From NCBI GenBank assembly GCA_937952265.1, contig CALFYW010000016.1, positions 206,661-270,660 of the forward strand: a DNA stretch of 64,000 nt. The letters run 5' to 3'. The DNA comes from an uncultured bacterium (GTDB lineage: Bacteria; Patescibacteriota; Minisyncoccia; Phycocordibacterales; GCA-2401445). Positions 9,694 through 19,884 of this stretch are shown piece after piece (positions within the stretch are counted from its first letter, which is position 1; each line of letters starts with the position of its first letter). Both the position numbers and the translations under genes were made by a program. The notes below the pieces were generated by a model. That model made no database searches. It was not told where the DNA came from and saw only the letters and a program-made list of their open reading frames with translations.

Positions 9694-11532
9694 ATGGGTA
9701 TATTTGACTTCTTAAAACCAAAAAAGGATCAAGGAAACCAAGAATCAGTACCGATTCTTCCACAAGAAATCATGGAAGCGGGTGCTTTAGAACTCAAAGA
9801 TGTTATTGCTCCATCAGCAATAAATATTACCCCTCGCGAAATTAATTTGGGAGAAAAAATTATTCGTACTTTTTTTGTTATTTCATATCCACGCTATCTT
9901 TCAGACAGTTGGTTTGCACCAATCATTAATCTCGACAAAGTATTTGATGTATCTATTTTCATTCACCCTATTGAAACCTCACGGGTATTACGCCAATTTC
10001 AGAAAAAAGTCGCGGAAGTGCAAAGCCAGATCAATACGCGGGAGGAGCGCGGTTTGGTCCGCGACCCAATGCTTGAGACCGCATACCGTGATCTTGAAGA
10101 ACTTCGAGACAATCTTCAACAAGCACAAGAGAAAATCTTTAACGTGGGTCTTTATGTCTCTATTCATGGCGAATCAAAAGAAGAGCTTGATAAAGCTGAG
10201 TCTGAAATTAAATCAATCCTTGAAGCTAAACTCGTGTATGTTAAACCCGCGCTTTTCCAACAAGAAGAAGCCTTTAAGAGTATTCTGCCCACCGCGACCG
10301 ACCTCTTGCAGGTGCATTCAAAATTAAATTCGTCTCCACTTTCAAGTATTTTTCCTTTTGTATCATTCGACCTTACTTCTGATCGAGGTATTCTCTATGG
10401 CATCAATCGACACAACGCGAGTTTGGTACTTTTTGATCGCTTTTCTCTAGAAAATTATAATTCTGTTACCTTTGCAAAATCAGGAGCCGGAAAATCTTAC
10501 GCTACAAAACTCGAAATACTCCGCACCCTCATGTTTGATACCGATGTGATTGTTATTGATCCCGAAAAAGAATATGAGTACCTTGCTGAATCAATTGGGG
10601 GCAGATATTTCAACATTTCTCTTAATTCAGAGCACCATATCAATCCCTTCGATTTACCAACCCCTCGTGAAGATGAATCTCCCGAAGATGTATTACGTTC
10701 AAATATCATTCATCTCGTTGGCCTTTTCCGAATCATGCTTGGAGGGCTCACTCCAGAGGAGGACGCGGTAATTGACCGTGCTATTACCGAAACCTATGCG
10801 CTTCGAGATATCACCCCGCATACTGATTTCTCTAACATCGAAGCGCCTTTAATGTCTGATTTTGAATTAGTGTTGCGGGGTATGAAAGGAGGGGAAGGGC
10901 TTGCGCAACGACTTTCAAAATACACCCAAGGCACTTGGTCTGGTTTTATTAACCGGCCATCAAATGTTGATATTAACAAAAAATTCGTGGTTTTCTCTGT
11001 TCGAGATATGGAGGATGAATTAAAACCAGTGGCAATGTATATTGTCATGAACCATATTTGGAATGCGGTAAGAAAAAATCTTAAAAAACGACTTCTGGTT
11101 ATTGATGAGGCATGGTGGATGATGAAGGCTGAAGATACCGCCTCATTCCTGTACGGACTTGCAAAGCGTGGAAGAAAATACTATCTCGGTATTGCAACCA
11201 TTACCCAAGACGTAGGGGACTTTCTTCGATCTCCTTATGGGCTTCCGATTATCACTAACTCATCTATTCAAATATTACTCAAACAATCACCGACTGCGAT
11301 CGATAACGTTCAAAAGACATTTAATCTGACTGATGAGGAAAAATACCTTCTGCTTGAGTCTGACGTGGGGGAGGGTATCTTTTTTGCAGGATTAAAACAT
11401 GTTGCGATAAAAATTATCGCGTCATATACGGAGGATCAAATTATTACTTCTGACCCATCGCAGATTCTTGCAATACGAGACGCGAAACAAGAAGTAAAAC
11501 AAGACTCAAAGGCTTCGCTCGATTCAAAATAG
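9694..11532 (+). CDS. virB4: VirB4-like type IV secretion ATPase
   Basis: Walker A AKSGAGKS, VIDPEKEY, Walker B LLVIDEAW, KRGRKY, ITQDV. Confidence 0.88.
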   Translation: MGIFDFLKPKKDQGNQESVPILPQEIMEAGALELKDVIAPSAINITPREINLGEKIIRTFFVISYPRYLSDSWFAPIINLDKVFDVSIFIHPIETSRVLRQFQKKVAEVQSQINTREERGLVRDPMLETAYRDLEELRDNLQQAQEKIFNVGLYVSIHGESKEELDKAESEIKSILEAKLVYVKPALFQQEEAFKSILPTATDLLQVHSKLNSSPLSSIFPFVSFDLTSDRGILYGINRHNASLVLFDRFSLENYNSVTFAKSGAGKSYATKLEILRTLMFDTDVIVIDPEKEYEYLAESIGGRYFNISLNSEHHINPFDLPTPREDESPEDVLRSNIIHLVGLFRIMLGGLTPEEDAVIDRAITETYALRDITPHTDFSNIEAPLMSDFELVLRGMKGGEGLAQRLSKYTQGTWSGFINRPSNVDINKKFVVFSVRDMEDELKPVAMYIVMNHIWNAVRKNLKKRLLVIDEAWWMMKAEDTASFLYGLAKRGRKYYLGIATITQDVGDFLRSPYGLPIITNSSIQILLKQSPTAIDNVQKTFNLTDEEKYLLLESDVGEGIFFAGLKHVAIKIIASYTEDQIITSDPSQILAIRDAKQEVKQDSKASLDSK

Positions 11533-11534
11533 CT

Positions 11535-11882
11535 ATGAAAAAAAGAGAGAGAATCAGTGCCACGATGACCTTATTACTCATGATGACTGCGATTTTTTTT
11601 GATGTATTTCAGGCAATACTCACCTTTGCGGGAGGTATCGGATTGATCGCGAATCGTTTTATTTCTCTTTTTGCAATGCTTTCATTTGGATTTTGGTTTG
11701 TCATGCTTGGAGTAAGTCTCTTAAACACCCGTCGCTTAGCAGTAAGTATTACCACATCGCTTGGAGAAATGATTCCCTTTATTGGAACTCTTCCGCTTTG
11801 GACTATTGGTATTGCCGCTCTTATTGCTATGGTAAAATTAGAAGATAGGACGGGTGTTTCAATAACTCATAAATTTAAATAG
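11535..11882 (+). CDS. Small multi-pass membrane protein in the T4SS-like operon
   Basis: Hydrophobic, with EMIPFIGTLPLWT motif; tight spacing to neighbours. Confidence 0.7.
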   Translation: MKKRERISATMTLLLMMTAIFFDVFQAILTFAGGIGLIANRFISLFAMLSFGFWFVMLGVSLLNTRRLAVSITTSLGEMIPFIGTLPLWTIGIAALIAMVKLEDRTGVSITHKFK

Positions 11883-11883
11883 G

Positions 11884-12879
11884 ATGATACGATACTCTTT
11901 TTTTATTTATCTCTTTTGTATAAGCATGCTCGTAGCAGGGTACGCGCTTCCAGCGTCTGCGCAGGTATTTTCCGCAAATCACAATATCACGTCATCGATT
12001 ACACCCGAAACTCCCGCTCCAAACGAGGAGGTGTCAATTCGTATTCAGAGCTTTAATACGGATCTCGGTAGTGCGTTTATTACATGGTCGGTTAATGGGG
12101 TGGAAAAATTGAGTGGGACCGGAAAAACAGTATTTACGTTCACCACAGGAAATAATGGGTCTCTTAACGTGGTGCGTATGTATGCAAGGACCAAAGAAGG
12201 AGAGACTGTTACCAGAGATTATCGCATTGCTCCAGGAATTGTTTCGTTATTCTGGGAGGCAGAGACGTATACCCCTCCGCTCTATCGAGGAAAAGCTCAA
12301 TTTACTACCGACGCTTCGCTTCGAGTAATTGCGCTTCCAACCATTATTGAAAATGGGGTGGAAGTCTCTCCAGCAAACCTCTTTTACGCGTGGATGATTA
12401 ACGGGGAAGAAAAGCCCCTTCTTTCAGGTTATGGGAAAGAGAGTATCGTGATACCAGCGAAAGACACCGCGAAAAGAAGCGTGGTGATTTCGGTTAAGGT
12501 AACATCGAGGAGTGGGGGAGAAGCAGAAACTTCAACAACCATTGAACCTGTAAGGCCTGAAATACTCCTCTATGAAAAAGATCCGCTATTAGGAATCCTT
12601 TTCAACCGAGCAATTACGGGCGACTTTTTACTTTCTCAAAATGAAGTTCATTTTGAAGCATTTCCTTTCTTCTTTTCATCATATTCAAATCAAGACCCTC
12701 GTATCACCTATCAATGGCGCATGAATAATAAGATGATTGAAAATGAAGAGGGGTCTCATGCGATCACCTTACGGAATGAAAACCAAGAAGGGACTGCCTA
12801 TATCAGCTTGCAGGCGTCACATCAAGAAAACTTATTTCAAACCGCACAAAAGACCGTTCTCATCAATTTCAAAAATTAA
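11884..12879 (+). CDS. Exported protein with Ig/PKD-like beta domains
   Basis: Signal peptide ending PASA-Q; repeated beta motifs ITWSVNG, YAWMING, YQWRMNN. Confidence 0.7.
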   Translation: MIRYSFFIYLFCISMLVAGYALPASAQVFSANHNITSSITPETPAPNEEVSIRIQSFNTDLGSAFITWSVNGVEKLSGTGKTVFTFTTGNNGSLNVVRMYARTKEGETVTRDYRIAPGIVSLFWEAETYTPPLYRGKAQFTTDASLRVIALPTIIENGVEVSPANLFYAWMINGEEKPLLSGYGKESIVIPAKDTAKRSVVISVKVTSRSGGEAETSTTIEPVRPEILLYEKDPLLGILFNRAITGDFLLSQNEVHFEAFPFFFSSYSNQDPRITYQWRMNNKMIENEEGSHAITLRNENQEGTAYISLQASHQENLFQTAQKTVLINFKN

Positions 12880-12880
12880 C

Positions 12881-13804
12881 ATGTCTTTTTCTTTTAAAAA
12901 AATCGCCCTTTCGCTTTCGAACATTATCGGAACAGGTATTATTGCTCTACACCCCAAACTCATCACTGCCCAAGAAGCAGGTGATTATGAATTACTCGCA
13001 CCACTTCCAATCGATGGAGTGAGTGAGGGGGTGGTTACTTCACTTCCCGCATACCTCTCAGGGCTCTTTGGTTTTGCAATTGGAATCGCGGCGGTTCTTG
13101 CGGTGGTAATGATCGTGCTTGGCGGTATTCAGTATATGACGGACGACGCGGTCTCTAATAAATCAGAGGGGAAAGAGAAAATCACTGCCGCGGTTGGAGG
13201 ATTGATTCTTGCCCTTGCTTCATGGTTAATACTTAACACAATCAATGAGAATATTATCAGTAGTAGCTCATTGGTGCTTGATAATGACGTGAGTGGCACG
13301 GCCTCGGAAATTGCTGAGATTGCCACTGGACCTCATTACCTTGAATATCAGCATGCAAGCTACTTACTTTCGGAGGTCGTTCCTCGTTACATTCTTGGAT
13401 ACCGAAACACTCCACAATCTGGAGAATTCCAGGAAGAATTTCCCACGCTCGAAGGATGCGGAATACGCCGACTCGATTTAGAAGCTCAAGGAAAAATAAT
13501 ATCCACTCGATGTAGAAGCATGCTCCGATTGGATGAAAATGGGGGCCCACTCATGCTTAATCGTCGCTACGAAAAAAGAGAGTTGTGTATCGAACAAGCA
13601 GAAAGAGTGGTAGCACTCAAGAAACCTGAGGTAATAAAAATATATTGCGAGCTCACCCCTGAAGAATCAGTATTTTTAGAGACTTTTGAAACGAAAGACT
13701 CCTGTCGAAATCGATCAAATGAATTAAAACAAAACACCAACAGAAGATCTATTATCGTTACGCAATGCACCCCTACCACTAACTTAGAATCACAGTATGA
13801 ATAA
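12881..13804 (+). CDS. TrbC/VirB2-like pilin with a Cys-repeat C-terminal extension
   Basis: GIAAVLAVVMIVLGGIQYMT...KSEGKEKITAAVGGLILALASWLILNTIN; ATG at 12881 follows the previous stop. Confidence 0.75.
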   Translation: MSFSFKKIALSLSNIIGTGIIALHPKLITAQEAGDYELLAPLPIDGVSEGVVTSLPAYLSGLFGFAIGIAAVLAVVMIVLGGIQYMTDDAVSNKSEGKEKITAAVGGLILALASWLILNTINENIISSSSLVLDNDVSGTASEIAEIATGPHYLEYQHASYLLSEVVPRYILGYRNTPQSGEFQEEFPTLEGCGIRRLDLEAQGKIISTRCRSMLRLDENGGPLMLNRRYEKRELCIEQAERVVALKKPEVIKIYCELTPEESVFLETFETKDSCRNRSNELKQNTNRRSIIVTQCTPTTNLESQYE

Positions 13805-15056
13805 ATGGATATTAATTCTGATCACCATACTCGCCATACTTCTTGCTGGCGCTATGTTCCTCTTTTTTAATGGCACGCGTGTAAAACCTGAAGCGACGAG
13901 TGAGACACCTGGATCATTAAGTATCATTGACCGTATTCAAAATATTTTCTCTCAAACAGAAAATCCTCAAGACCCTCCAACTTCAATAATAGAGGGCGGG
14001 TCAACACCCCCACCTCCTTCAAACGAGAATTTAGCACTTCCGCTTGAACGTATTGGCAATAATCCAATTGCGGGATTTATGGTCCATGATGATACTTCAA
14101 ACAAGGTTCGATACATGGAAAGCGCCCTTGGACATATCTATGAAAAAGAGGAAGGGAAGATGTCGGAGCGTCTCACTAACACTACGATCGCGCATGTGCA
14201 GAACGTTTATTGGGCAGAAGCAGGAGAACGAGTACTTGCACAATTTCTGAGCACAAATACCAATCAACTTGTAGTAGCCACTTTCTCTGGAAAACTCCAG
14301 GAGAGTAATTCAGAGAATGAAACACCTTTTGTCGTCCGAGGATCTTTCCTTCCTGAAAATATTATTGATATGAGTGTCTCCCCCCGTGGAGAAAAAATAT
14401 TCTACCTTCTTAAAGATGGGGGAGAGTCTTTCGGGATTCGCGCCAATCCGGATGGGAGCAGTGCCCAGACTATTTTTAGATCGCTAATTACTGAATGGCT
14501 CACTTCATGGAAAGATGCTCGAATTACTCTCACCACAAAACCTGCATATAATATCGCTGGTATTGCCTATAGCCTCAACCCAGAGAGAGGGGTCTCCCAA
14601 AGGATACTTGCTCCTACTCCCGGGCTCACCACTAACGAACACCCTGAGGGTACCTATATTCTTTATGCGAAAAATGGAGAAGGGAATCTCATGACACTTG
14701 CAGCGCTTAATCAACGTACCAATGAAGTACTACCGTTATCTTTAAAGACACTCCCTGAGAAATGCGTCTGGAGTAAGGAAAAAGAGGATGTGCTCTATTG
14801 TGGAGTTCCAGAAACCATATTTCCCGGAAACTATCCTGATGATTGGTACCAAGGGAAAATTTCTTTTACTGACACCTTATGGGAAGTCAATCTCAACACA
14901 AAAACTACACTTAAAATTGCTGATCTTGAGGCCCTTTCCGGGGAAAGCCTTGATATTATTGATCTCGCATTAAGCAAAGACGAGGAATCGCTTTACTTTA
15001 AGGATAAAAGAGGGGGGATGTTGTGGCAATACCGCTTTACTACTCCAAACCGTTAA
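13797..15056 (+). CDS. Membrane-anchored beta-propeller-like protein
   Basis: N-terminal TM helix, Pro-rich linker, blade-like SVSPRGEKIFY, CVWS and LSKDEESLYF segments. Confidence 0.65.
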   Translation: MNKWILILITILAILLAGAMFLFFNGTRVKPEATSETPGSLSIIDRIQNIFSQTENPQDPPTSIIEGGSTPPPPSNENLALPLERIGNNPIAGFMVHDDTSNKVRYMESALGHIYEKEEGKMSERLTNTTIAHVQNVYWAEAGERVLAQFLSTNTNQLVVATFSGKLQESNSENETPFVVRGSFLPENIIDMSVSPRGEKIFYLLKDGGESFGIRANPDGSSAQTIFRSLITEWLTSWKDARITLTTKPAYNIAGIAYSLNPERGVSQRILAPTPGLTTNEHPEGTYILYAKNGEGNLMTLAALNQRTNEVLPLSLKTLPEKCVWSKEKEDVLYCGVPETIFPGNYPDDWYQGKISFTDTLWEVNLNTKTTLKIADLEALSGESLDIIDLALSKDEESLYFKDKRGGMLWQYRFTTPNR

Positions 15057-15528
15057 GCACTGAGGGGTTATTTTCTCCTTGATAGCGAATAACTACCCGT
15101 CGATATTTTCCTTCTCCTGTTGATTCCGTTAAAATATCTTTCGTGTCTGCAAATAAAGAGTGGATGAGCATGCGCTCATAAGAACCCGCGGGGTCCATTT
15201 CTACATCATGTTTAAAAAAACGTGCCCGTTCAGCAAGAATTGAAGCTTTTGTCTTTACTGATTCATTCTTTTTATCGTAATAATCATTGATATCAATCAA
15301 TGTTTTTTTATCATAATTGAGATTTCGATGAGACAGAATGCGAGAAAAGAGGTGATTGAGTGCATGAAGGGTTTCTCCATGGTTTCCAATAAGAATCCCT
15401 GATTCATCTGTTTTTACCGAGAAACAGGTTGCTGGTGGCCACTCTCGTTCACTAACTTCAATCGTGTGAAAGGTGATGCCCATATTATCCAAAATTTGAG
15501 AGATGATGTTGTGAGCTTCTTCATGCAT
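15040..15528 (-). CDS. jag: Jag/KhpB (EloR) KH-R3H RNA-binding protein
   Basis: GILIGNHGETLHAL, ERMLIH, STGEGKYRRVVI; downstream of yidC. Confidence 0.88.
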   Translation of the reverse strand: MHEEAHNIISQILDNMGITFHTIEVSEREWPPATCFSVKTDESGILIGNHGETLHALNHLFSRILSHRNLNYDKKTLIDINDYYDKKNESVKTKASILAERARFFKHDVEMDPAGSYERMLIHSLFADTKDILTESTGEGKYRRVVIRYQGENNPSVLNGLE

Positions 15529-15536
15529 ACGTAATT

Positions 15537-16280
15537 TTATGATACCCCTTTAGCAAGCGCGCCTCGTTTTCGGCGTATTGCAAATTCTTGTCCAATGGTA
15601 AAGACATTGCTTGTTGTCCAATAGAGCGCGATAGCTGCTGAAATCTGCCATGCGATAAAAAATACAATTACTGGGAGCACATACCGCATTTGAACATTCA
15701 TACTCCGTGCTAAATCATCTTTCAATGATGGTTTTCCTGAGGTCTTTTTGGGGGGCATGGGAGGAATCATTAATTTCCCTTGAATAAACTGGGAAATACC
15801 TGCGGTAAGGGCGAGCAGAACGCTTTTTCCCGCAATATCAATAAATCCTAAAAATTGCATATTTACCATCTCTGGAGTAGGCACAAAGGCGTATAAAATA
15901 TCGGTATTGATGTCGGGAAGCCCACCACGCAAAAAAACAAAATAAAGCCCTAAAATAATCGGGATTTGAATAAGTATGAGAAAAATACTTGAAAATGGGT
16001 TTATTTTTTTATCACGATAGAGCGCCATGAGTGCTCGAGCTTGGGCTTCTCGGTCTGTTTTATGCTCTTCTCTTATTTTTTTAATTTCAGGGTCAATTTC
16101 TTTTACCTTCATCTGTGTCTCAACCGCGCTTTTAGATAGAGGAAAAATGAGCAACTTAACCAAAACGGTAAGCAAAAGTACCGCGAATCCAGCATTTGCG
16201 CCAGGAAGTATATCGATCAAAAAAATAAGCCCGTTGTAGAGGGGTTCGTAGATAACCGTGTTAAACAATGACCCAATCAT
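15537..16280 (-). CDS. yidC: Membrane protein insertase YidC/Oxa1
   Basis: ALMALYRDKKINPFSS, LIQIPIILGLY, ALYWTTSN. Confidence 0.93.
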   Translation of the reverse strand: MIGSLFNTVIYEPLYNGLIFLIDILPGANAGFAVLLLTVLVKLLIFPLSKSAVETQMKVKEIDPEIKKIREEHKTDREAQARALMALYRDKKINPFSSIFLILIQIPIILGLYFVFLRGGLPDINTDILYAFVPTPEMVNMQFLGFIDIAGKSVLLALTAGISQFIQGKLMIPPMPPKKTSGKPSLKDDLARSMNVQMRYVLPVIVFFIAWQISAAIALYWTTSNVFTIGQEFAIRRKRGALAKGVS

Positions 16281-16336
16281 ATCTTGTATAATAGCTTATT
16301 ATTAGTGTTAATCAAAATTATCTTTTTCTAAGGTAT

Positions 16337-16675
16337 TTATTGGTGACCTTTGAAAATTTTGGCTAATTCTTGGGAAATAGCCTGAAAAGAGGCTTTGTTT
16401 GAGTCTTTTTTAAAGATTACCACCACCGCTCTTTTATGTTGAGTTTCTTTATTGTGCTTATAAATAATCGATTTGCATCGGCGTTTTAACTGATTTCTCT
16501 TTACCGCGCTTGAAAATACCTTGGTAGAAACCGTACATATTCCTTGAAGAGGAAATGGGGTAAATAACGGCAGGTGGTAAGCAGTAAATAAAAAGGAGTG
16601 TGTTGCCACCCCCTCAAAGCGCACTTTTTTGGAAAGGTCTTTTTTAAGAGGTTTTTGAGGCTTTATAGGTGCCAT
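16337..16675 (-). CDS. rnpA: Ribonuclease P protein component
   Basis: VSTKVFSSAVKRNQLKRR motif; located between rpmH and yidC. Confidence 0.8.
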   Translation of the reverse strand: MAPIKPQKPLKKDLSKKVRFEGVATHSFLFTAYHLPLFTPFPLQGICTVSTKVFSSAVKRNQLKRRCKSIIYKHNKETQHKRAVVVIFKKDSNKASFQAISQELAKIFKGHQ

Positions 16676-16681
16676 TTTTCA

Positions 16682-16816
16682 TTAGACCGAAAGCTGATAA
16701 CGCCCTTTTCGCCGCCTTTTTAAAAGCACCTTTCTTCCGGTAGTGGTTCGCTTGCGCACCAAAAATCCGTGGGTTTTCTTTCTTTTTCTCTTTTTAGGCT
16801 GATATGTAACTGACAT
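16682..16816 (-). CDS. rpmH: 50S ribosomal protein L34
   Basis: Manual translation [44 protein letters not shown]. Confidence 0.95.
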   Translation of the reverse strand: MSVTYQPKKRKRKKTHGFLVRKRTTTGRKVLLKRRRKGRYQLSV

Positions 16817-16819
16817 AAT

Positions 16820-16957
16820 TAAAGACTGTAGCATAGTTTGATAAAAACGTAAATATATTCGTTTGAAACTGATTTATACACAGGTTATGAACATAGATAT
16901 CACTATACCGCAAGTGTTGGAAGTTTTTTTAATCGTTATAATAAGAAAACTAAACCT
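16820..16957. other. oriC part 1 (rpmH-dnaA intergenic), DnaA boxes
   Basis: TTATACACA at 16874-16882 and near-box TTATGAACA at 16885-16893; AT-rich. Confidence 0.65.
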
Positions 16958-18304
16958 ATGAATGATTTAAAAGAACTTTGGGATAGTGCGCTCACTCAAA
17001 TCGAATTAAATGTTTCTAAGGCAAGTTTTAATACATGGTTTAAGAAGACCTCGGTAGTAAAAAGTGAATCAGGAGTAATTTATGTCGGTGTTCCAAATCA
17101 TTTCGTAAAAACATGGCTCGTTGATAAACACCATAAATTTATACTGAAAATACTACGTGATTTAAATGAACATGTGCGATCAATTGAATATATTGTGGTT
17201 CAAGGGAAAGAACAAGAAGTAAAACACCATGCTCCTGAATATCATGTGGTAAATGCTGAGCTCCCATTAAAAGACCTCTATATTAACAAAGAGGATAATC
17301 TTAATCCTCGATACACCTTTGACTCTTTTGTGGTGGGTCCTTTTAATGAATTAGCGTATGCCGCGTCACAATCAATTATTAAAAATCCTGGACTTTCTTA
17401 TAATCCTTTATTTATTTATGGAAATACTGGTCACGGAAAAACACATCTCATTCAAGCAATAGGAAATCAGATACAAAAAGACTACTCAAAACTGAAAGTC
17501 TTCTATGTTACTTCTGAAAAATTTGTTATTGATTATGTAAACTCAATACAAGAAAACAAAACCAACCTATTCAAGGAAAAATACCGAAAATATGATGTAT
17601 TAATCATGGATGATATCCAGTTTCTTTCAAAGAAAGACAAAACTCAAGAAGAGTTATTTCACCTTTTTGATAATCTTTACGAAAACAACAAACAAATTAT
17701 ATTTTCTTCAGATAAACATCCAAACTACCTTCCTAATGTCGAAGAGAGGCTTAAATCACGCTTTAGCGCTGGTATGATCGTTGATATTCCGTCTCCAGAC
17801 CATGAATCACGAATTGCAATTATTAAGAAAAAAATGTTGCTTCAAAATTTCTGGATTTCTGATGAAACTATCGACTTTCTTGCGGTTTCCCTTGAGGGAA
17901 ATGTTCGTGAACTTGAGGGAATTCTTAACAATATGATCTGCCAATCTCGGCTCAAAAATAAAGAACTCTCATTAAATGAAGTTAAAAATCTTATTAAAGA
18001 TAATGCTCGTCCACGAAAAATAGCTTCGGTAAAGGAGGTAGTTAAGTCAGTTGCGGATTTTTACAATATCGAAGAAGAGATTATTTATAAAAAAACACGA
18101 AGAAAAGAAGCAGTAAAACCTCGTCAGGTAATTATGTTTATCCTTCGTGAGGATTTTCATATTTCATACCCAACAATTGGACAAAAAATAGGGGGGAGAG
18201 ACCACACCACCGTCATTCATTCTTGTGATAAGGTGAAAAATGACTTAAAAACAGATAGTATTTTGTCCCAAGAAATCCATCAGATCAGATCAATGATTCG
18301 ATAA
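16958..18304 (+). CDS. dnaA: Chromosomal replication initiator DnaA
   Basis: LNPRYTFDSFVVG, YNPLFIYGNTGHGKTHL, GGRDHTTVIH. Confidence 0.98.
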   Translation: MNDLKELWDSALTQIELNVSKASFNTWFKKTSVVKSESGVIYVGVPNHFVKTWLVDKHHKFILKILRDLNEHVRSIEYIVVQGKEQEVKHHAPEYHVVNAELPLKDLYINKEDNLNPRYTFDSFVVGPFNELAYAASQSIIKNPGLSYNPLFIYGNTGHGKTHLIQAIGNQIQKDYSKLKVFYVTSEKFVIDYVNSIQENKTNLFKEKYRKYDVLIMDDIQFLSKKDKTQEELFHLFDNLYENNKQIIFSSDKHPNYLPNVEERLKSRFSAGMIVDIPSPDHESRIAIIKKKMLLQNFWISDETIDFLAVSLEGNVRELEGILNNMICQSRLKNKELSLNEVKNLIKDNARPRKIASVKEVVKSVADFYNIEEEIIYKKTRRKEAVKPRQVIMFILREDFHISYPTIGQKIGGRDHTTVIHSCDKVKNDLKTDSILSQEIHQIRSMIR

Positions 18305-18518
18305 CCTGTGAACAACATGATGAAAAAACAAAAAATTACTAGGTATAAAATATTTTTTACAATCGAGGATTTTATAACCACCACGATATAATAAAGAAAT
18401 ACACAATAAACTAACAGTTCAATTTCTAAAAAATCCTTACATAAATCAATTAAATTAGTTTATCCACTTATCACCACCCCTAAGTATAAAAATAAATCTT
18501 TTAATTAAAAAAATACTT
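18305..18518. other. oriC part 2 (dnaA-dnaN intergenic)
   Basis: Very AT-rich, with near DnaA boxes TGTGAACAA (about 18307) and TTATCCACT (18460-18468). Confidence 0.6.
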
Positions 18519-19613
18519 ATGAAGATAGAATGCTTAAATACAAACTTACGAGAAGCTCTTTCGAAAACAGAAAGAGCAGTAGGAAAAAATTTATCATTAC
18601 CGGTGTTGGGGTATGTATTACTTGAAGCAGTGAATAAGAAAATAATACTCAAAGCTACCAATCTTGATCTAGGTGTTGAGGTTGAAGTTCCTGGAAATGT
18701 TTCTTCTCATGGTGTTGTTGCGATTCCTAACACAACATTAGCATCAATTCTCTCTGGTGAGTCAGAAAAGGTTACTCTTGAGTCTTACGAGGAGAATTTA
18801 CTGGTAAAGACTAAAAACAGCTCTTCGGTGATTAAAACTGTTCCACATGATGAATTTCCAAATATACCGCGTATTACCAGTGCGACAAGGATTCTTATTC
18901 CCGTATCTGATTTTATTAATGGTATTCGATCAGTTTGGTATAGCGCTTCAATTTCAACAATTAAACCAGAGCTTGCAAGTGTTTTTGTGTATTATCATGA
19001 TAAACATATAGTGTTTGTATCGACCGACACCTTTCGTCTTGCTGAAAAAAAGATTCCTATAGAAAAAAATTCTGATTTTGACCCATTTCTTATTCCGGTT
19101 AAAAATATCCCTGAAATTATTCGAGCCTTCGATGGTTTTGATGGAGTTATGGATATTCAAATTACTAAAAATCAAGCTTCTTTTACTATCCCTGGTATCC
19201 ATATTTCTTCTCGAATTGTTGAAGGTACTTTTCCTGACTATCAACAAGTAATACCGAAAGATTTTACTACTCATGTGGTGTTGCTTAAGTATGATTTTAT
19301 CAACGCGCTTAAAAAAGCAACCTCTTTTTCTGGAAAATTTTATCAAATATATTTTTCTGTTGATACTGATAAAAAAAGATTTGAAATTACTTCAAAAAAT
19401 AATGATATTGGAGAACACTCCGATGTGTTTGATGCGGCAATTGAAGGAGATGATTTAATGATTAGTTTTAATTATCGTTACATTATTGATTGTTTCCAAT
19501 CTATCTCATCAGATAGTATCTCTTTGAACCTAGTAGGTCCATCAAAACCAATGGTTATTCGTGGAATTGGAGACGGAACATTCTGTTATTTGGTGATGCC
19601 TATGAATAAATAA
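18519..19613 (+). CDS. dnaN: DNA polymerase III beta clamp
   Basis: LKATNLDL, STDTFRLAE, FPDYQQVIP, YLVMPM. Confidence 0.96.
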   Translation: MKIECLNTNLREALSKTERAVGKNLSLPVLGYVLLEAVNKKIILKATNLDLGVEVEVPGNVSSHGVVAIPNTTLASILSGESEKVTLESYEENLLVKTKNSSSVIKTVPHDEFPNIPRITSATRILIPVSDFINGIRSVWYSASISTIKPELASVFVYYHDKHIVFVSTDTFRLAEKKIPIEKNSDFDPFLIPVKNIPEIIRAFDGFDGVMDIQITKNQASFTIPGIHISSRIVEGTFPDYQQVIPKDFTTHVVLLKYDFINALKKATSFSGKFYQIYFSVDTDKKRFEITSKNNDIGEHSDVFDAAIEGDDLMISFNYRYIIDCFQSISSDSISLNLVGPSKPMVIRGIGDGTFCYLVMPMNK

Positions 19614-19617
19614 TTAC

Positions 19618-19884
19618 ATGATCCCTTTAAATAAATTTCTTGAAAAATTTTCTCGTATTACTCCTCCAGAGTTTTTTATTAAAGAGGCAATTATTACCGG
19701 TTTACATGAGATTCTTAATATTTCTCTTGAGCAAGACAAAGTTCGTTTTAATAAAAAACAACTATATGTTACGGTGGTAGCACCCTCGGTTATTAAGCAT
19801 GAAATTATGCTTCAACAAGACCGTCTCATAACGCACATTAATAAAAAACTTCCACGAAGCTCTTTTATTAAAAAAATTGTCTAA
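19618..19884 (+). CDS. DciA/DUF721-like helicase-loader domain protein
   Basis: LYVTVVAPSVIKHEIMLQQDRLITHINKKL resembles the DciA KH-like core; directly after dnaN. Confidence 0.55.
   Translation: MIPLNKFLEKFSRITPPEFFIKEAIITGLHEILNISLEQDKVRFNKKQLYVTVVAPSVIKHEIMLQQDRLITHINKKLPRSSFIKKIV

Noticed and set aside
8652..15056. Integrative conjugative element
   Set aside because: No integrase, relaxase, coupling protein or att repeats are visible, and the composition resembles the surrounding core genes.
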